Virus record (IMG/VR): IMGVR_UViG_3300027674_000002
Source: a virus
Direction: 5' to 3' (one strand)
DNA: 45,465 nucleotides
Made by a program: the position numbers and the translations under genes. The notes under the pieces are model-generated. The model ran no database searches. It saw nothing but the letters and a program-made list of their open reading frames with translations, and had not been told where the DNA came from. Shown piece after piece: positions 14,320-22,110 of the stretch (its first letter is position 1; each line of letters begins with the position of its first letter).

Positions 14320-14663
14320 CGCGGCAACCGGATGGGGAATTTGCGTTTATAGTTCGCGTTGCGCTTGCAGTAGAGCCGCGGGCTTTTCGGCCGCTTGCGC
14401 TCGCCGATCTCGGCGATGGTCTTCAGCGCGTTTGTTTTTCCGACGGCGTCGACCAGGAAGTCAAAGAATTCCTCTTTCCAGTTCGGCCGGTCCTCCGCTT
14501 TGCCGAGCTCGAGGAGATAGGGCCCGAGCTCCGGGCAACGCGCGCCGGCGCGCAGGGCGGCGAGGATCTCCGCCTGCTTTTCTTCGAGCCATTTGTCGAG
14601 AAGGTTTTTCAGCGCGCGATATTTCGCGTAGCGCGTGACGAGCTGTTGCGAGAGCGGCTTCAC
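14316..14663 (-). CDS. hypothetical protein (115 aa)
   Basis: GTG start forms a GTGA overlap with the upstream stop. The track ORF extends to 14684. Confidence 0.5.
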   Translation of the reverse strand: MKPLSQQLVTRYAKYRALKNLLDKWLEEKQAEILAALRAGARCPELGPYLLELGKAEDRPNWKEEFFDFLVDAVGKTNALKTIAEIGERKRPKSPRLYCKRNANYKRKFPIRLPR

Positions 14664-15052
14664 GGATAAATTTCGTCGTACCACTGGCCCGCTTGCGAGA
14701 CGCCCAACCCGAGGAATGCGAAGAACGACCAGAACACGGGGTGCATTCCGATCGAGACCGCGCCGAGGCCGGCGGCGATGAGTCCCGTGCCGGCGAGCAG
14801 GTGGGGCAGGCCGAACAGGCCAGGCTTGTGAATCACGGAAAAGACAAATGCCACGAGGCCGATCGCGACGCCCACGACCGAAACGATGTGCGCTACGGAG
14901 AACCAGAAGCCTTTGCCGGCGAGCGCGGCAGCGAGCAAGCCGCCCACCGCGAGCCAGGCTCCGACGAATTGGGCCCAGGGAAGCAGCTTGACCATGGACA
15001 GAAATTTTTGCTCGGCCTTGAAGAACGCGCTCACTTGCGCTTGGTTGCTCAT
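14660..15052 (-). CDS. multi-pass membrane protein (130 aa, about 4 TM)
   Basis: Internal ATG of track ORF 14660..15118. Long hydrophobic runs. Confidence 0.6.
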   Translation of the reverse strand: MSNQAQVSAFFKAEQKFLSMVKLLPWAQFVGAWLAVGGLLAAALAGKGFWFSVAHIVSVVGVAIGLVAFVFSVIHKPGLFGLPHLLAGTGLIAAGLGAVSIGMHPVFWSFFAFLGLGVSQAGQWYDEIYP

Positions 15053-15324
15053 CAGGCGCTCGCTGCGACTTCCGGAACTTCGGCGTTGATTGGCACGCAT
15101 TCCTTCAGCGTGACGCAATCGGGATATGCCACCGCCATCGCCGGATACCAGGGCGATTCCGCGCTGAATTTCCGCGCGAGCGCCAGCACGCCGCCGTTGC
15201 AGGTTTCCGTACCGGGATTAATCGAGATCAGGATCCCGAGCGTCCGCGTGGTCCCCGCATACGGCGGGATCACATGAACCAGGTCGCCCACTTTCGCCGG
15301 CGAGCCGTCTTTGTAATGTGGCAT
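15052..15324 (-). CDS. hypothetical protein (90 aa)
   Basis: ORF track. GGAGGAAAAAAG Shine-Dalgarno. Confidence 0.5.
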   Translation of the reverse strand: MPHYKDGSPAKVGDLVHVIPPYAGTTRTLGILISINPGTETCNGGVLALARKFSAESPWYPAMAVAYPDCVTLKECVPINAEVPEVAASA

Positions 15325-15447
15325 CTTTTTTCCTCCAGGTTGGAATCGACGCGAGTGGAATTCCGTTCTTCGTTCGTGGCGGCGGGTAGATCCATTCGCC
15401 CTCCACCGCCGGAAGAGAGAGGGCGAGCGAAAGCTGCTTACTGCAAA

Positions 15448-15741
15448 TCAAGGACGCGTGTTCACCGTAAGCGCGGCGGATCCGGCTATTCCCACCGCCC
15501 AAACGCTGTTCGAGACCGGAAAATCCAGCTCGTAAATCATGCCGAGCGGCGGCACAGCCGGGGTGACAAACAAAACCGTTCCCTGCGCGGCGGCAGGGTC
15601 ATCGTAGAATGTGGTCGATGCAGTGCCCGCCGCGGTCACCACAATCCTGCGCAGACGTCCCGGGCCGTTCAGAAGCGCTACGCCAGATATGCCGGCGGCG
15701 ATCGCCTGCGTGGAATCCTCTTGCGGTGAGCCTAGCGACAT
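15448..15741 (-). CDS. hypothetical protein (97 aa)
   Basis: ORF track. AAGAGGAAAAA Shine-Dalgarno. Confidence 0.5.
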   Translation of the reverse strand: MSLGSPQEDSTQAIAAGISGVALLNGPGRLRRIVVTAAGTASTTFYDDPAAAQGTVLFVTPAVPPLGMIYELDFPVSNSVWAVGIAGSAALTVNTRP

Positions 15742-15750
15742 TTTTTCCTC

Positions 15751-16245
15751 TTAGCCGAACATGCGGTCGGCGGCGCGATCGGCCGGATTCTTTTCCGGCT
15801 CGACGTGGATGCGCGTGCGCGCCGCGGGCGAGAGTCCGAGCTCGCCGGCCAGCTTGCACATCATCAGCAAACATTTCTGCGCGATGGCCACTTGTGGCCA
15901 TTGCTGAATGAATTTGATTTTTCCCTGCTCGCCTTTTTTCGTTGCGGGCTCGCGCATGACGAACGTCAGGCCGTGCGCTTCGAGGAACTCCTCGGCGTCG
16001 CGCCAGCGCGTGAAGCTCGAGCAGTAGGCCGCGAACAGGTCAACGTCCGCGACGGAAAGCCAGGGGAGGTCCGGACGCAGGCGCTTCCAGACCTCCTTGG
16101 CTTTGTCGGTCAACCAGGCGGGAGGGGGCAACACGGCGGCCGCTTTGGGTGGAAGCGGTTCGCCTGGGTGCAGTTTTAATTTTCCGGGATTCCCTTGCAG
16201 GATCCGGAGGGCGGTAGGTTTTGGAGAAGGGCCGCGTTGTCCCAC
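15751..16245 (-). CDS. terS: terminase small subunit, P27 family
   Basis: PKPTALRILQGNPGK..WLTDKAKEVWKRL..DVDLFAAYCSSFTRWRDAEE..LAGELGLSPAARTRI matches the P27 small-terminase pattern. Start uncertain: GTG 16245 chosen, and the track ORF starts at TTG 16281. Confidence 0.85.
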   Translation of the reverse strand: MGQRGPSPKPTALRILQGNPGKLKLHPGEPLPPKAAAVLPPPAWLTDKAKEVWKRLRPDLPWLSVADVDLFAAYCSSFTRWRDAEEFLEAHGLTFVMREPATKKGEQGKIKFIQQWPQVAIAQKCLLMMCKLAGELGLSPAARTRIHVEPEKNPADRAADRMFG

Positions 16246-16320
16246 GCAGTCGAGTAGGCGAAAAAGCGCCGCACGGAGCAATAGAACGCCGTGCCAGTGT
16301 TCTAAGGGATGTGTCGCAAG

Positions 16321-16629
16321 TCAAACATCCGGCTTCTTCTCCGCGCATACTTCTGGAGGCCAATTCGTGCACCTCTGGTTCATGGCCTTCGGCTCCCCGT
16401 CGGCGAATCGTTCGCCGGCGGCCAGGCTGTCCGCTTCGGTGAAGAGATACTCCGGATATTTTTTCTTCATCTCGAGGAGGAACGGCCGCATCAGCGGATA
16501 GTTTTCATGGTCCGCCCGCAATGCCACTTCCGCCAGGCTGCGAAGGAAATCGCCGGGCCTCACCGGTTTGTTGTTTGCGATGCCGAGGAGCCAATCGAGC
16601 AGCTCCGTGTCTTCGTGCGCGATAATCAT
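16321..16629 (-). CDS. hypothetical protein (102 aa)
   Basis: MIIAHEDTELLDWLLGIANNKPVRPGDFLRS... ATGA overlap upstream. Confidence 0.5.
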   Translation of the reverse strand: MIIAHEDTELLDWLLGIANNKPVRPGDFLRSLAEVALRADHENYPLMRPFLLEMKKKYPEYLFTEADSLAAGERFADGEPKAMNQRCTNWPPEVCAEKKPDV

Positions 16630-17105
16630 TTGCTCTTCTCCGCGAATTCCATTCTCTTGCACTTTTTCAGCAGGACCGCGGCATCCTCGGCCGTCAGCTC
16701 CTGCAGAGTGGTCGGCGGCATGCCGACGCCCATCTTTGCGACCGTGTCCTGGCGCAGATAATAGGATTTTCCGGCTTCGAGCGTGAGCTTCAGATGCGTC
16801 GCGTTGTCGCCGGACTTCGAACAGAAATCGTGTTCGCCGGGATCGAGCGCCGCGACGAAGTAGCTCTTGTATTGGTTCACGCCGATCCACACGCGGTCGG
16901 CGGAAACCTTCATCTGCAGGTAGCCGCCTTCATAGGTGGGAGCGAGAACGTAGACGACCGCTTTGCCCGCCGGCGGATTCGTTTCGAGCGGCGACTTGCC
17001 TTCGACCTTCTTCGTCGAGTGCTTCACGTCCGGGCCACAGATCTGCGCCCGCGCCGGCGCGGTTGCGAGCAAAAGACCTGCGATGATTGGCGTCACGATT
17101 TTCAT
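16626..17105 (-). CDS. secreted DUF2846-like protein (159 aa)
   Basis: Signal peptide MKIVTPIIAGLLLATAPARA. VVYVLAP..VSADRVWIGVNQYKSYFVAALDPGEHDF..LTLEAGKSYYL pattern. Confidence 0.6.
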   Translation of the reverse strand: MKIVTPIIAGLLLATAPARAQICGPDVKHSTKKVEGKSPLETNPPAGKAVVYVLAPTYEGGYLQMKVSADRVWIGVNQYKSYFVAALDPGEHDFCSKSGDNATHLKLTLEAGKSYYLRQDTVAKMGVGMPPTTLQELTAEDAAVLLKKCKRMEFAEKSK

Positions 17106-17410
17106 GACAGCTCCTTTACTCTCCGCACCATTTCTTTATGACCGGCCTCCGCTTCCTTCCAGGTGCTATAGCGGACCTGTTCTTCATCCAGCTCCCCGCC
17201 GAACACCATGGTTTCGAACAGCATCGGCCCGCCGTCCCTGCCGAAGTTATGGTCCAATCCCAAAAACACCGTGCTCACTTGAACTCCCGGAATCGGATCA
17301 TCCTGCGCAACGATCCGCTCGGGTCCGCTGGTTTCGAACCATCGTCCCCATTCGCGGGCGTCCTCTACTGGAACCGGTTCATGCCCCTTCAGCCTATAGT
17401 GTCCGTTCAT
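17102..17410 (-). CDS. hypothetical protein (102 aa)
   Basis: MNGHYRLKGHEPVPVEDAREW..LFETMVFGG. ATGA overlaps. Confidence 0.55.
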   Translation of the reverse strand: MNGHYRLKGHEPVPVEDAREWGRWFETSGPERIVAQDDPIPGVQVSTVFLGLDHNFGRDGGPMLFETMVFGGELDEEQVRYSTWKEAEAGHKEMVRRVKELS

Positions 17411-18120
17411 GCGGGGTACTCCTTCCATTCGCGGCCGTCGAGAAGGCAGCCCATCTCCGTCCGCGGTGCGGAGATTTGCTTGAAGAAAAACGCGGTGCCG
17501 GCGCCCTGCGCTTTGTCGCGCAGCTCGCGCGCCCATTCCGTTTTCATGGGCCGAAAGCCCGGACCGCTTTCGCCGCCGACGATGAGCCATTCGATGTGCG
17601 AGAGGTCCAGGCCGGGAAGCCCCGCGAGCAGCGGCTCGGCCGAGATGAAGTGCACGCGCGCGGGAATCTTGCGCAGCTCGTCGACGCGCCAGAGATACTT
17701 TTCATTTTCCACCGAAACGCCAAGCTGGACGTTAGACCAGGGCCACCGCCGATGCCATTCGGATGGCAAATTCTGCGCGATGCGTTCCGGCCGCTTCGTC
17801 AGAATCTGAAACTGGAGATTCGGGCATCGCCAGATGACGTCCCAAGCGCGATAGCGCCAGGCGTCCGCGTCCTTGTGGAAGAAATCCGACCAGCTGCAGG
17901 TGAAGACGCGTTCGATCCTGCCGGCGGCCGCGGCCTCGCGCTGCCAGCGCAGCGGATCGTTCCAGGTCGTTTTCGATTGCTGCACAACGAAAGGATTCCC
18001 GCCGTAGCGTTCCTGCTGCGTATACATGTAGCAATGCGCGCAGCCGGGCGAAATCTTCGTGCAGCCTCGCCAGGGATTCCAGGTGTGCTCCGTCCAGCTA
18101 ATTTTTGTCGTTTCGCCCAT
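17407..18120 (-). CDS. phage Gp37/Gp68 (DUF5131) family protein (237 aa)
   Basis: ISWTEHTWNPWRGCTKISPGCAHCY..FTCSWSDFF..ILTKRPERI..ISAEPLL are signature blocks. Leader AAGAAAGGGAAGGGAATCGA before the ATG. Confidence 0.85.
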   Translation of the reverse strand: MGETTKISWTEHTWNPWRGCTKISPGCAHCYMYTQQERYGGNPFVVQQSKTTWNDPLRWQREAAAAGRIERVFTCSWSDFFHKDADAWRYRAWDVIWRCPNLQFQILTKRPERIAQNLPSEWHRRWPWSNVQLGVSVENEKYLWRVDELRKIPARVHFISAEPLLAGLPGLDLSHIEWLIVGGESGPGFRPMKTEWARELRDKAQGAGTAFFFKQISAPRTEMGCLLDGREWKEYPA

Positions 18121-18700
18121 TCGATTCCCTTCCCTTTCTTGGTTCACAGATCAAACCGTAGTAACTGACGTTTTCGAGAGAAACCTTCCAGCCCTTCATG
18201 ATCCCGCCGCGGCCGAGGAGCAGATAGCGCGCCGCGAAGAGCGCGAGATCCCGTTTCATCGGAACGTCCCATGATTCCGGGATTCCCATCGCCTCGCGCG
18301 CGAATGTGGAGATATTCGCTCCGCCCGGGCTCGAGACGGCGCCGTGCGTGAGGAAGACGGCCGTCTTCTGCTTGAGCCGCTCAAGGATGTGCCGCCAGGG
18401 CTTCCAGGGCTCGCCGTAGGTGTCGATATCGATGACCGTGAAGCGCCCGAGGTCAAAAGCGGACAGAAAGCGTTCGTCCGTCGCATCGCCGAGAATCGTC
18501 CCGGGAAGCCGCGGCGCGATGTCCACCGGGATGTAGTCCGCGAGTTTGACGTGTTCGCGCATGGTGCGCCAGACCTGGCCCTCGCCGGCGCAGAGGTCCA
18601 GCACCCGGAGCTCGCCGAGCGCGGCATGCTCGAGCGTTTTGCGGCGGATCTGGATTTTCAGGTCCAGCCGCCGGTTGTCGGTTTTGATTTGCTGAGTCAT
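18098..18700 (-). CDS. SAM-dependent methyltransferase (200 aa), substrate unknown
   Basis: Motif I VLDLCAGEGQ. Motif IV-like VIDIDTYGEPW. Internal ATG of track ORF 18098..19066. Confidence 0.7.
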   Translation of the reverse strand: MTQQIKTDNRRLDLKIQIRRKTLEHAALGELRVLDLCAGEGQVWRTMREHVKLADYIPVDIAPRLPGTILGDATDERFLSAFDLGRFTVIDIDTYGEPWKPWRHILERLKQKTAVFLTHGAVSSPGGANISTFAREAMGIPESWDVPMKRDLALFAARYLLLGRGGIMKGWKVSLENVSYYGLICEPRKGRESNGRNDKN

Positions 18701-18939
18701 GCCGCTTTCTTCGGACGGCCGCCCATGCGGCCCCACCGCCTGAAATCCTTCCGTTTGAGAGTCTTGTTCCGAGCCTTGATGCCCTTCGCGCCTTCCCGCG
18801 CATGATCCACCGCGAGGAGCGGACTTTCGAGCGCCGCGATCGCGAGGATGATGGCTTGGGCGAACTTTGGCCCGAAAAGCTGTTTCAATCGTTTGGGCCT
18901 CTCCTCTCGCAAAAATGCCGCTGCCTGCCTGTTCGTCAT
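18697..18939 (-). CDS. small basic protein (80 aa), possible DNA-binding
   Basis: ORF track. C-terminal RRWGRMGGRPKK. ATGA overlaps. Confidence 0.5.
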   Translation of the reverse strand: MTNRQAAAFLREERPKRLKQLFGPKFAQAIILAIAALESPLLAVDHAREGAKGIKARNKTLKRKDFRRWGRMGGRPKKAA

Positions 18940-19796
18940 CGAGCTCTCCTGAATTGCCGCCGGATGTTAGCGGTCCGCGTGGCGACCGCTTTCTCCGCGC
19001 GCGCCTGGTAGATCGTTTTCGGTTTTCCGCCGCACGCCGGGCAAGTCGAGCGCCAGGGTAGCGCACATTCGCCTTCGTTGTGGGCCCAGGCCTTCCCGCA
19101 GGCCTCGCAGTTGTGCGAGTGCCGGTTCTCTGTCGAGACTGGCGCCGGCGCCGGGATCCCGCGGCGATCGCCGGTGAGGAGCTCGACTTCGAGCCGATGC
19201 AGCGCGTCGCGCACGTTTGAGCCGGACTGCTCGAGCATTTCGGTCAGTGACTCCGGGTAGAGAAAACCCTCGGCGCGCGAGATCCTTCCGAGATAGCGAG
19301 GCAGGCCCGCCGCGGTGCTCGAAGCGTCGAAGGTGAGCAAGTGGCAGCGAGAAAGAAAACGCGGCTCGAGGAGCCGGGTGTCGTTCGCCGTGAAAATGAA
19401 GATCGTCGCCGGCGGAGCGGCCGTGGCATCCGTCTTCGAAAGAAAGAGAAGCTGGCCGGCCGGCGACATTTTGTCCGCTTCGTCCACGATCACGACGTGC
19501 CAGCCGCCACCGAGCGGAACGTAATGGCACATGCGAATGACTTCCTCGATCGTCTCCACCGTGCAGTTCCCGCTTGGGATGTGGTGGACTTCGGCTTTAA
19601 TCGCCTTGGCGATCGCCTGGGCCATCGAAGTCTTGCCCGTGCCAGTAGGCCCGAGGAAAAACCAGGAAGAGACGAAGGGCCGCGCGCAAAACGCGGCCAG
19701 CGCCTTTTTCGGTTTTTCGAGTCCGACGAACCCGGCGATCGTTCGCGGCCGGTATTTCTCGCTAAGCGACTGCCCGAATTCAATTTGAGCCTGCAT
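18936..19796 (-). CDS. AAA+ clamp-loader (RFC small subunit/DnaX-like) ATPase with a C-terminal zinc ribbon (286 aa)
   Basis: KYRPRTIAGFVG, Walker A GPTGTGKTS, Walker B VVIVDEADKM, SRC motif FLSRCHLL. C-terminal CEACG...CPACGG. Confidence 0.85.
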   Translation of the reverse strand: MQAQIEFGQSLSEKYRPRTIAGFVGLEKPKKALAAFCARPFVSSWFFLGPTGTGKTSMAQAIAKAIKAEVHHIPSGNCTVETIEEVIRMCHYVPLGGGWHVVIVDEADKMSPAGQLLFLSKTDATAAPPATIFIFTANDTRLLEPRFLSRCHLLTFDASSTAAGLPRYLGRISRAEGFLYPESLTEMLEQSGSNVRDALHRLEVELLTGDRRGIPAPAPVSTENRHSHNCEACGKAWAHNEGECALPWRSTCPACGGKPKTIYQARAEKAVATRTANIRRQFRRAR

Positions 19797-20115
19797 CGAC
19801 GTTTCCTTTCCCTTGCGTGGCCGAGCTCGCCCACACCAGCGCGATGATCCAGCCGAGAATCGTCCAGCCTAGAAATAAGTCGAGCACCCAGATCGCGGTG
19901 CGTTGATGGTGGTGCCGGCTCTGGCCGATCAGTCCAGGCAGGAAATACGCGCCCGCCGCTAAAGCCAGGACCAGAAACCCTCGCAGCATCGCGCCGGCGT
20001 GGTCCGGGTCGATGTTTATGTCGGTGAATCCGGCGATGAAGATCGAAGCGGCGCATACCACGACCACCCCGATCACCACCCCCGCGATGATTTTTCCCGC
20101 TTGTTGGTTCGTCAT
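19780..20115 (-). CDS. membrane protein with a superinfection-immunity (Imm-type) domain (111 aa)
   Basis: YFLPGLIGQSRHHHQRTAIWVLDLFLGWTILGWIIALVWA matches the Imm_superinfect motif. Confidence 0.65.
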   Translation of the reverse strand: MTNQQAGKIIAGVVIGVVVVCAASIFIAGFTDINIDPDHAGAMLRGFLVLALAAGAYFLPGLIGQSRHHHQRTAIWVLDLFLGWTILGWIIALVWASSATQGKGNVDAGSN

Positions 20116-20146
20116 TGTCGTTTCCTTTCCCTTTCCAGAGATCTCA

Positions 20147-20551
20147 CTAGAGGCTCGCCCTGTACGCTTCGATGAAACCTTGCTCCGCGATATTCCGATT
20201 CCACGTTCGCGCGAAGGATGCCTGGTCTTTTTGCTCGTTGAGGTTCACCCGTCTCTCGCCCTCGACCTCGGAATAGACTTCCTTGTCGATTCCCATGTAG
20301 TCGTTGCGGTAGGAGTACGGATACATCTGCACCTTTTCCCCGCAGGTGACTTCGAAACACATTTCCGGGTCACGCATCAGGTCGCCGTTTTGTTCGACGT
20401 AATGGCAAACGCTGATCGCGCGCAGGCCGTGCGGGCCGAGACCGATTTCCTCGATCGTGAGGGGCATCCAGGAGCCGTTCTCGATCTTGATGTGCTCCGT
20501 CGTCTTTCCAGCTTTTGTTGCGATTTCCAGAATCTTTAGGATGTTTCTCAT
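20147..20551 (-). CDS. hypothetical conserved protein (134 aa)
   Basis: MRNILKILEIATKAGKTTEHIKIENGSWMPL... Leader AAGGGAAAGGAAACGCCA before the ATG. First gene after a TTGACA promoter. Confidence 0.6.
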   Translation of the reverse strand: MRNILKILEIATKAGKTTEHIKIENGSWMPLTIEEIGLGPHGLRAISVCHYVEQNGDLMRDPEMCFEVTCGEKVQMYPYSYRNDYMGIDKEVYSEVEGERRVNLNEQKDQASFARTWNRNIAEQGFIEAYRASL

Positions 20552-20574
20552 TGGCGTTTCCTTTCCCTTACACA

Positions 20575-20610
20575 TATAGAATAAGGTAGCCGCCTACCTT
20601 ATGTCAAGGC
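20575..20610 (-). promoter_or_regulatory. candidate sigma70 promoter (TTGACA-18-TATTCT) with a palindromic operator in the spacer
   Basis: Minus strand TTGACA (20607..20602), TATTCT (20583..20578). The palindrome 20581..20602 fills the spacer. Confidence 0.45.
20581..20602. repeat. palindrome ATAAGGTAG-CCGC-CTACCTTAT, copy 1
   Basis: 9-bp arms, read directly. The 20-nt core is repeated at 21382..21401. Confidence 0.85.
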
Positions 20611-20703
20611 AATTCGGAAAGCAGGGCGCTTGAGGCACGGGTGGCGCCTTTGCCATCAGTTCCGGTACTCTGTGTCCGTTTTTGGAGGGGAAAGGCTAAA
20701 TGG

Positions 20704-21267
20704 CTAATCGCGATTCGATTGGACGGATATCGAGCTCAGCTCCTGGAGTGATGCCAGGGCGTCCCGCGCCTTGCCAAATTGCTCAAAAGGGATTCCGAGG
20801 AGCACCCACACGACTGAAGGCGGCGGCCGCAAATCGAGTTCCTCGCAGACTGCCGCCGTGTCGGCGGTGAGCTCCTCGATCTCCTGGGCGTTGTAGCCGG
20901 TGAGCTCCATCTCCGCGCCGGCGATCTTCAGCTCTTTGAGGAGAAACGAAAGCTTCGGAACGCTGACGGTGCCATATTCGGCATTCAGCGCCAGGTTGAG
21001 GAGCTTCGCTTCGGCGTCCGAGATGTCCAATCGCACGACTGGAATCGTTTTCAGGCTTTCGAGGATCGCTGCCTTCACCCGCTGGTGCCCTCCGATGATC
21101 TGATCGCCGGCACGGCGCACCTGCACGGGATCGATAAACCCGAATTTCACAATCGACCGGCGCAGCAGCTCCATCTTCTTCGCCGATATTGTCCTGGGAT
21201 TGTAGGCGGCAGGGTTCAGCCTGCGTGGATCCGCCTGCTCGATCTTCAGTTCCCGCACTTTTTTCAT
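20704..21267 (-). CDS. ParB-like nuclease domain protein (187 aa)
   Basis: LNPAAYNPRTISAKKMELLRRSIVKFGFIDPVQVRRAGDQIIGGHQRVKAA..IPVV matches the ParBc pattern. Confidence 0.8.
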   Translation of the reverse strand: MKKVRELKIEQADPRRLNPAAYNPRTISAKKMELLRRSIVKFGFIDPVQVRRAGDQIIGGHQRVKAAILESLKTIPVVRLDISDAEAKLLNLALNAEYGTVSVPKLSFLLKELKIAGAEMELTGYNAQEIEELTADTAAVCEELDLRPPPSVVWVLLGIPFEQFGKARDALASLQELSSISVQSNRD

Positions 21268-21381
21268 TCCCGCCTGCCTTGACCCCCCCCCTAGTGAAAG
21301 CTTCGGCCGCGCGCGCGCTCCTGCCGTGCCGGTATCCGTCGCAAAAGCTGGAGCTTTTTCGACCCCTATCCCTTCGTCGGC

Positions 21382-21401
21382 ATAAGGTAGCCGCCTACCT
21401 T
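21382..21401. repeat. palindrome ATAAGGTAGCCGCCTACCTT, copy 2 (overlaps the HNH gene 3' end)
   Basis: Identical 20-mer to 20581..20600. Confidence 0.85.
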
Positions 21402-21748
21402 CCGCCAAACGCTCGCCGTGATGCGGCCGTCCTTCGCGAGTGATGTGGCTTGCAGAGTCCGCGTCCGTTCTCCTCTGCGAGATTCGTGTTGTGCCCATCG
21501 ACGTGGTGCGCTTCGGTCGCGGCCGTGGTGCGCGGTGGTTTCTCCGCGAGACAATCCATGCACAGCGGATCGCGCGCCAGGATGTACGCGCGCCAGCGGC
21601 GATGTGATCTGCCGTAGCCGCGCCGCGATGGCGATGGCCGTGTCGCGATCGGTTCGTGCTCGGCCGGTTTGTGATCGGCGCAATATCTTTCGGCGGTGAG
21701 CTCCGGACATCCGGGCATGCTGCACGGTTTCTTCTGCTTCCATGGCAT
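21395..21748 (-). CDS. HNH endonuclease (117 aa)
   Basis: CSMPGCPELTAERYCADH..RRGYGRSHRRWRAYILARDPLCMDC..EAHHVDGHN matches the phage HNH pattern. Confidence 0.85.
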   Translation of the reverse strand: MPWKQKKPCSMPGCPELTAERYCADHKPAEHEPIATRPSPSRRGYGRSHRRWRAYILARDPLCMDCLAEKPPRTTAATEAHHVDGHNTNLAEENGRGLCKPHHSRRTAASRRAFGGR

Positions 21749-22110
21749 CAGCGCTCCGCACGCTTCACCGATCGCGCTTCAGGTCCGCGTTCCGTGTTCA
21801 CAATGCGAAACGTCACGCGCGCCCCTTTGAGCAAGCGCTCGAATCGGGGAATGCTGAATTCGCGCATCGCGGCGGGCTGCTGTTGCTCGGGCAGGAGAGA
21901 AAGCGCGCGAACGCATATGCCCTGATTGTGATAGCAGCTGCCTGTTCGGATGCAGTCGTATACGACGTGGGCGTGATTGAAGAAAACATCCATGCCGGCA
22001 TCGGTCGTAAGGAAACCGAAATTCTTCTCGATGCGATACCAGTTAACGCAGCCCGTGATCGTCGGGCCGATTTCGGAATCACTGGCTGGAGCTGGATTGG
22101 CGCCGTTCAT
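21748..22110 (-). CDS. cold-shock-domain (CSD) nucleic-acid-binding protein (120 aa)
   Basis: GCVNWYRIEKNFGFLTTDAGMDVFFNHAHV resembles the CspA RNP1/RNP2 region. ATGA overlap upstream. Confidence 0.65.
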   Translation of the reverse strand: MNGANPAPASDSEIGPTITGCVNWYRIEKNFGFLTTDAGMDVFFNHAHVVYDCIRTGSCYHNQGICVRALSLLPEQQQPAAMREFSIPRFERLLKGARVTFRIVNTERGPEARSVKRAER

